Counted from the first letter of the stretch, positions 30,269-39,730 are shown. The stretch: DNA of 64,000 bases from Gammaproteobacteria bacterium (GCA_027013145.1 JALUXX010000016.1:22983-86982); one strand, 5' to 3'. The notes: generated from the letters alone by a model not told the origin. Numbers and translations are program-made.

Positions 30269-31140
30269 ATACCCCCGGTGCGCGCCTGCGCCAGGCCCTC
30301 GAGATCGAGCGCCCGCTGCAGATCGTCGGCGTGCCCAACGCCTACTGCGCCCGGCTCGCCGCGCGTGCCGGTTTCCGCGCCGTCTATCTCTCCGGGGCCG
30401 GCGTCGCCAACGCCGCCTTCGGCCGGCCCGATCTTGGGCTGACGACGCGCGCCGAGGTGGTGGAGGAGGCGCGGCGCATCGCCGCGGTCTCGTCGTTGCC
30501 ACTGTTGGTCGACGTCGACACCGGCTGGGGGGACGAGATCGGGGCGTGCGTGCGCGAGCTCGAGGACGCCGGCGCCGCCGGGTTGCACGTCGAAGATCAG
30601 GTCGAGGCCAAACGCTGCGGGCACCGCCCCGGAAAACAACTGGTCGGTCCCGAGGAGATGTTCGTGCGCCTGGAAGCGGCGTTGGCGGCACGGCGCGATC
30701 CGGCCTTCGTGATCATGGCACGCACCGATGCCGCCGGGGTGGAGGGACTGGATGCGGCGATCGCGCGCGCGCGCGCCTACGTCGCCGCCGGGGCGGACAT
30801 GGTCTTCGCCGAGGCCTTGTCCTCGCTGGAGGAGTACCGCCGCTTCGTCGCGGCCGTGGCGGTGCCGGTGCTCGCCAACCTGACCGAGTTCGGGCGCACG
30901 CCGCTGTTCGATCGCGACGAGATCGCGCCCACCGGCGTGCGCATGCTGCTCTACCCGTTGAGCGCGTTCCGGGCGATGAGCGCGGCCGCCGAGGGTGTGT
31001 ACACGGCGATCCGCCGCGAGGGGAGCCAGCGGAGCTGGCTGGCACGGATGCAGACGCGCGCGGCGCTCTACGAGGTCCTCGATTACGACGCCGCCGAGCG
31101 CGCCCAACGCGCCGGGCCCGACGGGGAGCCGGAGGTGTGA
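30265..31140 (+). CDS. prpB: 2-Methylisocitrate lyase
   Basis: PEP mutase/isocitrate lyase superfamily with the KRCGH catalytic motif (EDQVEAKRCGHRPGKQLV) and DTGWG. Confidence 0.8.
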   Translation: MNTPGARLRQALEIERPLQIVGVPNAYCARLAARAGFRAVYLSGAGVANAAFGRPDLGLTTRAEVVEEARRIAAVSSLPLLVDVDTGWGDEIGACVRELEDAGAAGLHVEDQVEAKRCGHRPGKQLVGPEEMFVRLEAALAARRDPAFVIMARTDAAGVEGLDAAIARARAYVAAGADMVFAEALSSLEEYRRFVAAVAVPVLANLTEFGRTPLFDRDEIAPTGVRMLLYPLSAFRAMSAAAEGVYTAIRREGSQRSWLARMQTRAALYEVLDYDAAERAQRAGPDGEPEV

Positions 31141-32252
31141 GCGCCGGCGCCGGTCTCGCGGGCGTGGTCGCGGGCGAGACCGCGATCAGCACGGTGGAGG
31201 CCGACGGCCGCGGCCTGCGCTATCGCGGCTACGCCATTGAGGACCTGGCGGCGCACGCGCGCTTCGAGGAGGTTGCCTTCCTGCTGCTCTACGGTGAGCT
31301 GCCCGACCGGCGGGCACTGGCGGACTTCGAGGCGCGGACGGCGCGCCTGCGTGCGCCACCGGCCGCGGTCACGGCGATCCTCGACGCGCTGCCCGGGGGC
31401 GTCCACCCGATGGACGCGTTGCGCAGCGCCGTCTCCGTCCTCGGGGCCGTGGAGCCGGAGCGCGGCTTCGAGGGCCAGGAGGCGGTGGCCGAGCGCCTGC
31501 TCGCCGTGCTCCCGGCGTTGCTGCTGCACTGGTATACGCGTATCGATACCGGCATCGCGCCCCGGTCCGCGGCGGACGGCGCCGGGCTGGCCGAGGCCTT
31601 CCTGCGGATGCTGCACGGGCGAACGCCGCCGCCGACGCACCGGCGTGCGCTCGAAGTCTCGCTGATCCTCTACGCCGAGCACGAGTTCAACGCCTCGACC
31701 TTCGCCGCGCGCGTGACGGCCTCGACACGCGCCGACTTGCACTCCTGCATCACCACGGCGATCGGCACGCTCCGCGGACCGCTGCACGGAGGCGCGAACG
31801 AGGCCGCGATGGCGTTTCTGGACCCGCTCGCGGATCCCGACGCCGCCGAGGCCGCGGTGCTCGACGCATTGCGCGCGCACCGGCGGGTCATGGGCTTCGG
31901 CCACCGTGTCTACCGCGGGGAGGACCCGCGCAGCGCGCTGATCAAACCGTGGAGCCGCCGCCTGGCGGCAGAGGCGCGCGACGAGCGGCTGTTCGCCGTC
32001 TCCGAACGCGTGGAGGCGGTGATGCGGCGCGAGAAGGGGTTGTTTCCGAATCTCGACTTCTACAGCGCCTCGCTCTACCGGTTCCTGGGGATCCCGACGG
32101 CGCTCTACACCCCGCTGTTCGCGTGCGCGCGCATGGCGGGTTGGGCCGCGCACGTGATCGAGCAGCGGCGCGTCGGCCGCCTGATCCGCCCGCTCGCCCG
32201 CTACACGGGCCCGGCGCCGCGACCCTATGTCCCGCTGGAGGCGCGCGGGTGA
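31137..32252 (+). CDS. prpC: 2-Methylcitrate synthase
   Basis: Citrate-synthase family (GFGHRVYRGEDPRSA, LFPNLDFYSASLY). GTG start overlapping the prpB stop. Confidence 0.8.
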   Translation: MSAGAGLAGVVAGETAISTVEADGRGLRYRGYAIEDLAAHARFEEVAFLLLYGELPDRRALADFEARTARLRAPPAAVTAILDALPGGVHPMDALRSAVSVLGAVEPERGFEGQEAVAERLLAVLPALLLHWYTRIDTGIAPRSAADGAGLAEAFLRMLHGRTPPPTHRRALEVSLILYAEHEFNASTFAARVTASTRADLHSCITTAIGTLRGPLHGGANEAAMAFLDPLADPDAAEAAVLDALRAHRRVMGFGHRVYRGEDPRSALIKPWSRRLAAEARDERLFAVSERVEAVMRREKGLFPNLDFYSASLYRFLGIPTALYTPLFACARMAGWAAHVIEQRRVGRLIRPLARYTGPAPRPYVPLEARG

Positions 32253-33664
32253 GCCGTGTCCCGGACGAAGCCGATGCGCTCCTGAGCGAACTCGCCGCCT
32301 ACGCCTGCGACTACGAGCCGCGCGATGCGGAGGCGTTCGCCACCGCGCGCGAGTGCCTGTTCGACAGCCTCGCCTGCGCGCTGCTCGCCGGCGCCGATCC
32401 CGACTGCCGGCGCGTGCTCGCCGCGCCGGCCGAGGGGTTCGAGGTGCGCGATGGTCTCCGGCCCCCGGGGGCTACGCGCGCGCTCGATCCGGTCGCTGCG
32501 GCCTTCGACCTCGGCACCCGCATCCGCTGGCTCGACTTCAATGATACGTGGCTCGCGGCCGAATGGGGCCATCCCTCCGACAACCTCGGCGGGCTCCTCG
32601 CCGCGGCGCTGCTCGCGGCGCGTCGCGGCCCCGCCCCGAGCGTGCGCGACCTGCTCGGCGCGATGATCAAGGCCTACGAGATCCAGGGCGGCCTCGCCCT
32701 CGGCAACGCCCTCAACGAGGCCGGTCTCGATCACGTCGTGTTCGTGCGCGTCGCCACCGCACTCGCGGCGGGCGCGCTGCTCGGCGCCGAGCGCGCGCAA
32801 TTGCTCGCCGCCGCCGCGCACGCCTGGGTCGACGGCGGCCCCTTGCGCGTCTACCGCCACGCGCCGGACGCCGGCCCGCGCAAGGGCTGGGCGGCGGGCG
32901 ACGCGACCGCGCGCGGCTTGTGGCTGGCGCTGCTCGCCCTGCGCGGGGAGCCGGGCTGTCCGCACGCACTGAGCACGCCGGTGTGGGGATTCCGCGACGC
33001 GCTGCTGCGCGGGCGCGAGCCGGTCCTCGCGCGCCCGCTCGGCGAGTACGTCATGCCCAACGTCCTGTTCAAAGTAGCCTTCCCCGCCGAGTTCCACGGC
33101 CAGACCGCCGTCGAGGCGGCGCTGCGCCTGCACCCGCGGGTGCAGGGACGCTGGGAGGCGATCGAGAGCATCCGCATCGAGACCCAGCGCCCGGCGCTGC
33201 GCATCATCCACAAGCCCGGCCCGCTGCGCAATCCGGCCGATCGAGACCATTCCATCGACTACATGGTGGCGGTGGCGTTGCTGCGCGGCGCACTGGAGAG
33301 CGCCGACTACGGCGACGCGGGCGCCGCCGATCCGCGCATCGACGCCCTGCGCGCGCGCATGGAGGTGGTCGAGAACCCGGAGTTCACCCGTGCCTACTAC
33401 GACCCCGCGCGGCGCGCGATCCCCAACGCCATGAGGATCCGCTTCGCCGACGGCACCGCCACCGAGCGCGTCGCGATCGACTACCCGCTCGGCCACCGCC
33501 GCCGCCGCGCCGAGGCGCGCCCGCTGCTGCGGGAGAAATTCCGCTCCGCCGCCGAGCCCGCCCTCGGCCGCGAGCGCTGCACCCGCCTCCTCGCGCTCCT
33601 CGACGACCCGGCCCTCGACACCCTCCCCATCACAACCTTCGCCGACCAATTTCGGGGACAGTGA
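32249..33664 (+). CDS. prpD: 2-Methylcitrate dehydratase (MmgE/PrpD family)
   Basis: MmgE/PrpD family length and pattern. GTG start overlapping the prpC stop. Its last 7 codons lie inside the first copy of a 19-bp tandem repeat. Confidence 0.75.
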   Translation: MSRVPDEADALLSELAAYACDYEPRDAEAFATARECLFDSLACALLAGADPDCRRVLAAPAEGFEVRDGLRPPGATRALDPVAAAFDLGTRIRWLDFNDTWLAAEWGHPSDNLGGLLAAALLAARRGPAPSVRDLLGAMIKAYEIQGGLALGNALNEAGLDHVVFVRVATALAAGALLGAERAQLLAAAAHAWVDGGPLRVYRHAPDAGPRKGWAAGDATARGLWLALLALRGEPGCPHALSTPVWGFRDALLRGREPVLARPLGEYVMPNVLFKVAFPAEFHGQTAVEAALRLHPRVQGRWEAIESIRIETQRPALRIIHKPGPLRNPADRDHSIDYMVAVALLRGALESADYGDAGAADPRIDALRARMEVVENPEFTRAYYDPARRAIPNAMRIRFADGTATERVAIDYPLGHRRRRAEARPLLREKFRSAAEPALGRERCTRLLALLDDPALDTLPITTFADQFRGQ

Positions 33665-33710
33665 GAATTTCGCGACCAATTTCGGGGACAGCGACCAATT
33701 TCGGGGACAG
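33643..33710. repeat. Three copies of the 19-bp unit CGACCAATTTCGGGGACAG: one at 33643-33661 overlapping the prpD stop, then two exactly tandem at 33673-33691 and 33692-33710
   Basis: Read directly. Copies 2 and 3 are perfect and abut. Copy 1 is separated by 11 nt. The last copy runs into the left boundary element. Confidence 0.85.
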
Positions 33711-33841
33711 TGTACTTAATTGTTGGCGATCGTCTGTTGCGCGGTTGCAGCAGTTCGTGGGCCGGGGCCCCGTTGAACGGACGTTGACGCCGGCGCGATC
33801 CTGCGAGCGGACGAGCCTCTCAAATAAGTAAACTGTCCCCG
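33700..33841. repeat. ~142-bp element with inverted-repeat termini (5' TTCGGGGACAGTGTAC ... AGTAAACTGTCCCCG 3'), left copy
   Basis: The termini CGGGGACAG and CTGTCCCCG are reverse complements. A second, ~70% similar copy with identical termini lies at about 60348-60484 in the same orientation. Confidence 0.6.
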
Positions 33842-33954
33842 CATTTCAATACTGAAATTATTTCGGATCCGTACCCGCGCGGGTCTGTGTTCCCGGCTGC
33901 GGCTTCCGTTCAAACTCTCGTAAATTCAAACAGAAAAGTTCTTTATCCCGGAGT

Positions 33955-33970
33955 TGGCACGTTCGTTGCG
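33955..33970 (+). promoter_or_regulatory. Sigma-54 (RpoN) promoter, -24/-12 elements TGGCAC-N5-TTGCG
   Basis: Perfect match to TGGCAC-N5-TTGC(A/T) with correct GG/GC spacing, ~110 nt upstream of the CDS starting at 34078. A sigma-54 activator is encoded 10 kb downstream. Confidence 0.55.
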
Positions 33971-34077
33971 AACGAAACGCGTGCCGGCGGCCGGCGTGGC
34001 CGCGCGGGTCCGGCCGGACAGAGCGGACAGAGCTTAGACGCGGACTAGGGCTTCGACAGCGATTTCGCGAGGAGACG

Positions 34078-35514
34078 ATGATGGAGACTTGTTCCCGAGG
34101 ACACCGAAGGGGCGTTGCCCGACTCGGCCGGGTCGTGCCGCGGGCGAAAGGCGTCGGCGTAGCGCTCGCCGGCGGCCTGCTGCTTCTGGGCGGGGTAGGA
34201 AACGCCGCGGCCCGCTCCTGGGAGTTGAACGGGCCGGCGTGGCACCTCCCGACACCCGCGCATTCGCGCGCGATGGGGGTGCCCGGGCGGGCGCCCGCGA
34301 GTGGGTTCGCCGGAAGCTGGCAGAACGTGGATCGCAATACGCGCGGTCTCACGCGCGTGGATATCGTGCGCGCCGGTGCGGGTTACCGAGTCCGGGCCTG
34401 GGGCCGCTGTCACCCCCGTGACTGCGACTGGGGGAGCGCACCGGCGCAGATCTACGCCCCGTCGCCGTCGGCACGGCGCGACGTGGCGCTCACGGCGCAG
34501 TTCCGCGAGCCGAGCGGAACGATGACCCTGGTGCTCCATAACCGCGGGAGCCGGCTGAGCGCGGAGGTGTTTCGGGCGTTCGATCCGGCGCACGCCTCCG
34601 GGCGCCGCAATTATCTGATGACCGCGCAACTGACCCGTTCGGCCACCCGGCCGAGCGTCGGCATGGGCGGCGCCGCTCCATCGGGGTCCGCGGGTACGAG
34701 GCCACCGGCCGGCGGGCGTCCCGCCGGCGCGCAGGCGCGCTTCCGGGTCATCGTCACCGGTTTCACCGTGAACCAGCAGACCTGGGACGACGCCCTTAAC
34801 CATGACGGAAAAGGAGACGAGGTGTTCCTGCTCACGCACGTGGCCGAGCTGAGCTCATCCGGGAAGGAGGTGCTCGCCTCGGATGTCCGCTCACGCGTGA
34901 TGGGCGATACCAACGGCTGGAAGGGAAGGGTGCACGCGGGGACGGCATGGACGGGTATCTTCGGCGGTCCGCGCGGCGGGCTGGCGACGGGGGATCAGTA
35001 TCCCAGCACGCGCCCCTGGCAGGTGCGGGGACGGGTCTTCGAAGACCGTGCGCCGGAACTCGTGTGGCAGGGAACACTCCGGAGGGGGGACGGCGGCGTG
35101 CTGATCGTACCGACCATCTGGGAATGGGACGAGGCCGGCGGAGATGCGATCGTCCGCGACTGGGCGGCGCTGGTGCAGAAGCTGGACAAGGCCGCGGGGC
35201 CTCTGATCAACGCCGCCAGCGGCGGGGAGGCGAAGCCGTTCGTCGACGCGGCCGGCGCCACATGGGGCGTGCTGCGCAGCAACGAGTTGGCCAGGGTGCT
35301 CGGGCACGCCGCCACCCGTCCCATCGGCCTGCGCGAGGCGGGCAAGGGTCGTCAGGTGTTCCGGCCGACGATCATCCGGCTCAACTACGACATCGCCGAG
35401 CGCCTGCTGCGCAGCAACTTCGGCAAGGGGCCCGGTGTGCTGGAGGTCCAGTATCAGGATTCCTCGCGCCTGCGCGGGGACTACACGCTGTACGTGAAGG
35501 TGCAGCGCATGTGA
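34078..35514 (+). CDS. Hypothetical secreted protein (478 aa)
   Basis: GAGGAG RBS. N-terminal signal-like hydrophobic segment. High GC3. No recognisable domain. Confidence 0.55.
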   Translation: MMETCSRGHRRGVARLGRVVPRAKGVGVALAGGLLLLGGVGNAAARSWELNGPAWHLPTPAHSRAMGVPGRAPASGFAGSWQNVDRNTRGLTRVDIVRAGAGYRVRAWGRCHPRDCDWGSAPAQIYAPSPSARRDVALTAQFREPSGTMTLVLHNRGSRLSAEVFRAFDPAHASGRRNYLMTAQLTRSATRPSVGMGGAAPSGSAGTRPPAGGRPAGAQARFRVIVTGFTVNQQTWDDALNHDGKGDEVFLLTHVAELSSSGKEVLASDVRSRVMGDTNGWKGRVHAGTAWTGIFGGPRGGLATGDQYPSTRPWQVRGRVFEDRAPELVWQGTLRRGDGGVLIVPTIWEWDEAGGDAIVRDWAALVQKLDKAAGPLINAASGGEAKPFVDAAGATWGVLRSNELARVLGHAATRPIGLREAGKGRQVFRPTIIRLNYDIAERLLRSNFGKGPGVLEVQYQDSSRLRGDYTLYVKVQRM

Positions 35515-35595
35515 CGAGGCCGCCGCCGGCGCCCGCACGGGCGCCGGCGGGCCGACGGCCAATGGGCGGACGGGTCGGTACAAGGGGGGAATTAC

Positions 35596-36021
35596 ATGAG
35601 CATCGGACATCGGATACGGGGTTCGGGAGCGGTCGCCAATTCGCTGCGCGCCGCGCTTTTTGGGGTGCTTCTCGGCAGCGCCGGTGCCGCTTCCGCGGCC
35701 CCGGGCGGGATGGTCGGCCTGGTCTACGACTTCGGGCGCAGTGTGGGCGTGACGATCAAGTTGCTTTCGTCCAATCATCGGCACCGGGCCGTGGGCGAGA
35801 TCGGCGTTTCGTACTTTCCGTTCTCGCGGACGGGGCGTTTCGGCCTCGATGTCGGCGGCGGCTACAACCTGACGAAGTCGTCCGTGACCGTCGGCTGGGA
35901 TTTTCTCGGCAGGACGGTGCAGATCGGCGCCGGTTACGTCAACACGGTGGAGGACCATGCGGCCGCGGCGCCACCGCCCGCGCCCCCGCCACCGATCTTC
36001 TCGAAGCCGACGGTGCAATGA
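35596..36021 (+). CDS. Small hypothetical secreted protein (141 aa)
   Basis: Signal peptide (LFGVLLGSAGAASAAPG), beta-rich Gly/Val composition, Pro-rich tail. Confidence 0.45.
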   Translation: MSIGHRIRGSGAVANSLRAALFGVLLGSAGAASAAPGGMVGLVYDFGRSVGVTIKLLSSNHRHRAVGEIGVSYFPFSRTGRFGLDVGGGYNLTKSSVTVGWDFLGRTVQIGAGYVNTVEDHAAAAPPPAPPPPIFSKPTVQ

Positions 36022-36030
36022 GTCGCCGGG

Positions 36031-36696
36031 GTGGTGGTGGCGGCGCGCCAGGGTCGCGGAGACCGGTGGTCCCGGCACGGAGCGGGGGGGGCGCCGCCGG
36101 CGCGCCCGCTCCGGACGGCGGTGCTCGCGTGGGCCCTTTTCGCCATGGGTCCGGCGTCGTGGGCGATGGGCGCAGGGGGGCCGCGGTGGACCATCGGCAG
36201 GGCGCAGATCGTGGGTTCTCCCCGGGAGACGGTGGGGCGCGCCGGGCTCTATCTCGAGTTGAGTCTGCGCAATACCGGTGCGTTGCGGCGCGCTCCGGTC
36301 CGGATATTCGGCCGCTGGAGGCGCGTGAACCCGCATCCCCAGCGAAGGACCGCACGCAATGGTGCGGCACAGGCGTGGCGGGGGACGCCCGGTGCAACGG
36401 CCTGGCGCCCGCGTCCGCCGGCGTCCGGCGGCGGGCGCCGTTGGCTTCCCGGTCCGGGGCCGACGGAAGAGGAACGCCACGCGGAGGAAACCGGGCAGGC
36501 ACGGGGCACGCTGCCGGCGGGAATGCGCCTGTTGGGGCGCTACAGATCGGATCTGAGCCTGGGCTACACGGCAATACTGCGCGTTCCGCTGGCCGCGTTG
36601 GGCCCGGCCCCCGGATCGGCTCCGGTGGTCGACGTCGCGGTGATGACGGGAGTGGTGGTCACCGATCGGCGCTTCGTGGGAGTCGGAATGGAGTGA
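36031..36696 (+). CDS. Possible hypothetical protein (weak call; start undefined)
   Basis: Strong GC3 bias throughout the frame, but no clear start/RBS and odd composition. The overlapping minus-strand ORFs look like shadows. Confidence 0.3.
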   Translation: MVVAARQGRGDRWSRHGAGGAPPARPLRTAVLAWALFAMGPASWAMGAGGPRWTIGRAQIVGSPRETVGRAGLYLELSLRNTGALRRAPVRIFGRWRRVNPHPQRRTARNGAAQAWRGTPGATAWRPRPPASGGGRRWLPGPGPTEEERHAEETGQARGTLPAGMRLLGRYRSDLSLGYTAILRVPLAALGPAPGSAPVVDVAVMTGVVVTDRRFVGVGME

Positions 36697-36766
36697 GGTG
36701 CGCGGGAGAGGCGCTTCGGGAGACGGTCAACGCGGTTCTGTCATGAGTCTGACAGTGGAGGCGGAT

Positions 36767-37495
36767 ATGTCTTTTCACAGGGTCTGTATCGTCTGGCGGG
36801 GGGCGGTTGCGGCCGTCATGGTGTTCGGCATGGCCGGTTGCGCGACCGCGAGCCGACCGACGGTCGACAACTCGTACACCAGTCACGAACTGGCAAGCCT
36901 GCCGCCGCTGCGGGCGCGGCCGAAGACGGTGACCATCTATCGGTTCACCACCAGTGTCGACGAGGTGTCGGCGCGGGCGGCCACCGACATGTTCACGACG
37001 GCGCTGATCAAGTCTCACCGGTTCGCCGTACTCGAGCGACAGCGGCTCAGTGAGGGTGTGTTGCGCGAGAAACAGATGAACTCCCAGGGCATGACCACCG
37101 GAAACGTCGGTCGCGCCACCCTGGCCGGCGCCGACTACATCTTTTACGGGACGGTCAGCGAAGCCAACGCGGATGCGTCGGATACGGGCGTGGGCGCGAC
37201 TCTCCGCGGGCTCGGTGTGGAGGGCAGCGGGCAGAAGGCGGTGATCGCGGTCGATGTGCGGGTCGTCGATGCGCATACCGGCGCCGTTCTCGACGCGGTC
37301 GACGTGCGCCGCCCGGTGACGCAGGGTGGTGTCGGCGTATCCGGGGTCGGGGCGTTCGTCCAGAGCTTCACGCACACCGATCTCCAGGGGGCCGACGTCT
37401 CGCTCCACAAGGCGCACAAGGAGGGTGTGGACCGCGCGCTGCGCGAGTGCATCGAAGAGGCCGTCTATCAGCTCGCGAGGCGGTTCTCCAATTGA
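36767..37495 (+). CDS. CsgG-family outer-membrane lipoprotein (curli-type secretion channel family)
   Basis: GGAGG RBS. Lipobox (VFGMAGC). CsgG-like segments (TIYRFTTSVDEV, FTTALIKSHRFAVLERQRL, ADYIFYGTVSE, AVIAVDVRVVDAHTGAVL). Confidence 0.65.
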   Translation: MSFHRVCIVWRGAVAAVMVFGMAGCATASRPTVDNSYTSHELASLPPLRARPKTVTIYRFTTSVDEVSARAATDMFTTALIKSHRFAVLERQRLSEGVLREKQMNSQGMTTGNVGRATLAGADYIFYGTVSEANADASDTGVGATLRGLGVEGSGQKAVIAVDVRVVDAHTGAVLDAVDVRRPVTQGGVGVSGVGAFVQSFTHTDLQGADVSLHKAHKEGVDRALRECIEEAVYQLARRFSN

Positions 37496-37500
37496 TCGCC

Positions 37501-38685
37501 ATGAACGTCCGATGGGGTCTTTGGGTCGGCCTGCTGGTCTGCGCCCCGCTCGCGGCGAATACGGTCCGGGCCGGCGGTTGGCGGGTGACGGAGCTGCGTC
37601 TCAATACGCCGACGATGGAGGGCCAGTGGTACGCGTCGGATTCCCCCCTGGCGCGGGGTCTCGGGATCCGGGCGGGTTATATGGCGTTGTATACGATCGA
37701 GGTGTTGCCGGGTCTCCAATATACCCTGCAGCTGCGTGTGCCGCGCGCAGCGGAGCGGGTCCGGGTGTACGCCTACGATCGCTGGCCGCTGTCGGCCGGA
37801 GCACGCCGGTTCGCGTTGCCGAGCGGACCGGTCACCTGGCCGCCGCGTGCACGACGGATCTCGTACCGCTGGCGGATCGGGATCTCCCCGCGGAGCACCG
37901 GGACACTGTTGTACCTCATGGTGTGGTTTCCGCGCCCCTGGCCGTCGGGTCCGGTGACGGCCCCGGTCCTGCTCGTGCGTTCGCCGCCCATCGTTCCGAC
38001 CCACCGCATCGGACGCGGCATAACCTATCTGGACGGCCCGCGCGATCTGCTGCTCTCCGGCGAGTCCGGTGCGGTCTCCTATACGCTGCTGCCGGCCGCG
38101 CCGGCCGTGCCGGTCCGGTCCGCCCGGGTGTGGACGGCCCCGCGCGATCTGGTCATCAATGGGCGTTTCAGCGCGGGTCTGCGAGGCTGGGTGCCGCGGA
38201 CCGGCGCCGACGGTCGCGGCCTGGAGCCGACCATTGGATCGCAGGGACTGCGTCTTGCGCCGGGCACCGGAGTGCGCTCGCAACTCGATGCGGACGTCGC
38301 CCGTGCACGGACGCTGGTTCTTTGGGCCGACGTGCGTCTCGGGCGGGCGACGAGCGGCGATGGCGGGCGGACGACCGGTGACCCCGGACTGACGATCGCG
38401 CTGTGCTTGCGCGACGAGGCGGGAAGACGCCACTGCGGTCGACATTCGGATCGGATCGAGTTCTTCAGGCAGGGCAAGGGAAACGCGGCGACGGCCGTCG
38501 CCGCGGGCCGTATCCGGCGCCTGATCCCGGCGGGAACCTGGTACCGGTTCCAGATCGATCTCGCCGGCGGTCCGTCGCATCCCGCGCACATCGACTCGAT
38601 CGATCTGTCGGCGGGTACGGCCGGGACGGCGTGGGTGCGCGAGGTGCATCTCATACGAGGGGGGACGAGTGATGCGGGTGATTGA
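37501..38685 (+). CDS. Hypothetical secreted protein (394 aa)
   Basis: Signal peptide (MNVRWGLWVGLLVCAPLAANTVRA). No recognisable domain. Confidence 0.5.
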   Translation: MNVRWGLWVGLLVCAPLAANTVRAGGWRVTELRLNTPTMEGQWYASDSPLARGLGIRAGYMALYTIEVLPGLQYTLQLRVPRAAERVRVYAYDRWPLSAGARRFALPSGPVTWPPRARRISYRWRIGISPRSTGTLLYLMVWFPRPWPSGPVTAPVLLVRSPPIVPTHRIGRGITYLDGPRDLLLSGESGAVSYTLLPAAPAVPVRSARVWTAPRDLVINGRFSAGLRGWVPRTGADGRGLEPTIGSQGLRLAPGTGVRSQLDADVARARTLVLWADVRLGRATSGDGGRTTGDPGLTIALCLRDEAGRRHCGRHSDRIEFFRQGKGNAATAVAAGRIRRLIPAGTWYRFQIDLAGGPSHPAHIDSIDLSAGTAGTAWVREVHLIRGGTSDAGD

Positions 38686-39730
38686 AACCTGGAGCACTGC
38701 GGTTCTCGTGCTGGTGTTGGCGGTGGCCGCGGACCCGTTGTGTGCGGGCCCGCTCGATCGCGGCCCGATGGCGCCGCGCGTCAATCCGGCGACCAATGAC
38801 ATGCTGCGTGTGCCCGGCGTGGTCGGTATGGACCGGCAGGGTGCGCTCGCGACGCTCGAGCAGGCCGGCCTGAACCCGCGGATCCACGAGCTGCGCAAGG
38901 TCACGAAACGCTATGCCGGCCGCGAGGGTACGGTGGTGCGCCAGTTACCGCTTCCGGGCGGTATGGCGATGTTGGGGTCCTCGGTGAGCATCACAGTGTA
39001 TGACCCCGGCGGCAGTGAGGGCGGCGTTGGTGCGGGCGGCCCCCCCGCTCAGCCGCCGTCTTATCCCGACAACGGCGGGCCCGGCTACGATGGCTCCGAC
39101 TACGGCGGTTACGACACCGGCGGGGCGCCGCCGTACGGGTCCGGGTCCGGCGGCGTCGATAGCGGTGGCGCCGGCGATGCGGGAGCGGTTGGTGGTGGAG
39201 ACGCGGGACCGCCGTTGCCGGGTGGATGGAGCGGTCCGAGCGCGCCGGCGGCCGGGGCCGGTGAAGGTCCCGCCCCCGCAGACGCGGGCGGGGCACCGGC
39301 CCCTGGACCCGCCACCGGCAACCTCCCGCTGAAGGCCCCCGCACCGTTGCCGGTACCCTCATCCCCGCCGTCGCAACCCCTCCCGGCCGGTCCGCTTCCG
39401 GTGCCCAAGCCGGTCGCGGTGCCGTCGACGCCCGCGCCCGCGTTGCACGCGCCGATCCCCGAGCCGAAGGCGCCGGTGGGCGGAACCGGCGCACGCCCGA
39501 AGCCTTCCCTGCGGCCGCCGCCGGAGCGCCGGTTGCCGCCTCCGCGACCGCAGCCCCCGGCGCCGGTCGTGACGCCCGCGCCGGTTCCGGTATCGCCGCA
39601 TATTCCGAAGCCCGTTGTGCCGATCCCGCCGGACGGGTCCGGCACGGGTGCTGCGCCGGTTCCACGGCCGGCCTTGCCGAGACGGAAAGAACCCCGCCGC
39701 CTGTCGGCCCCGCCCGAAGGCGTTCCGTAG
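38672..39730 (+). CDS. Secreted protein with one PASTA-like domain and a ~230-aa Pro/Gly/Ala-rich tail
   Basis: Signal peptide. PASTA-like module (VPGVVGMDRQGALATLEQAGLNPRIHELRK...GTVVRQLPLPGGMAMLGSSVSITV) followed by low-complexity PxxP-type repeats. Confidence 0.5.
   Translation: MRVIETWSTAVLVLVLAVAADPLCAGPLDRGPMAPRVNPATNDMLRVPGVVGMDRQGALATLEQAGLNPRIHELRKVTKRYAGREGTVVRQLPLPGGMAMLGSSVSITVYDPGGSEGGVGAGGPPAQPPSYPDNGGPGYDGSDYGGYDTGGAPPYGSGSGGVDSGGAGDAGAVGGGDAGPPLPGGWSGPSAPAAGAGEGPAPADAGGAPAPGPATGNLPLKAPAPLPVPSSPPSQPLPAGPLPVPKPVAVPSTPAPALHAPIPEPKAPVGGTGARPKPSLRPPPERRLPPPRPQPPAPVVTPAPVPVSPHIPKPVVPIPPDGSGTGAAPVPRPALPRRKEPRRLSAPPEGVP

Noticed and set aside
33643-33710. Possible CRISPR array, from the 19-bp direct repeats
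   Set aside because: There are only three copies. Two are exactly tandem with no spacers, the unit is too short, and there are no cas genes in the window.
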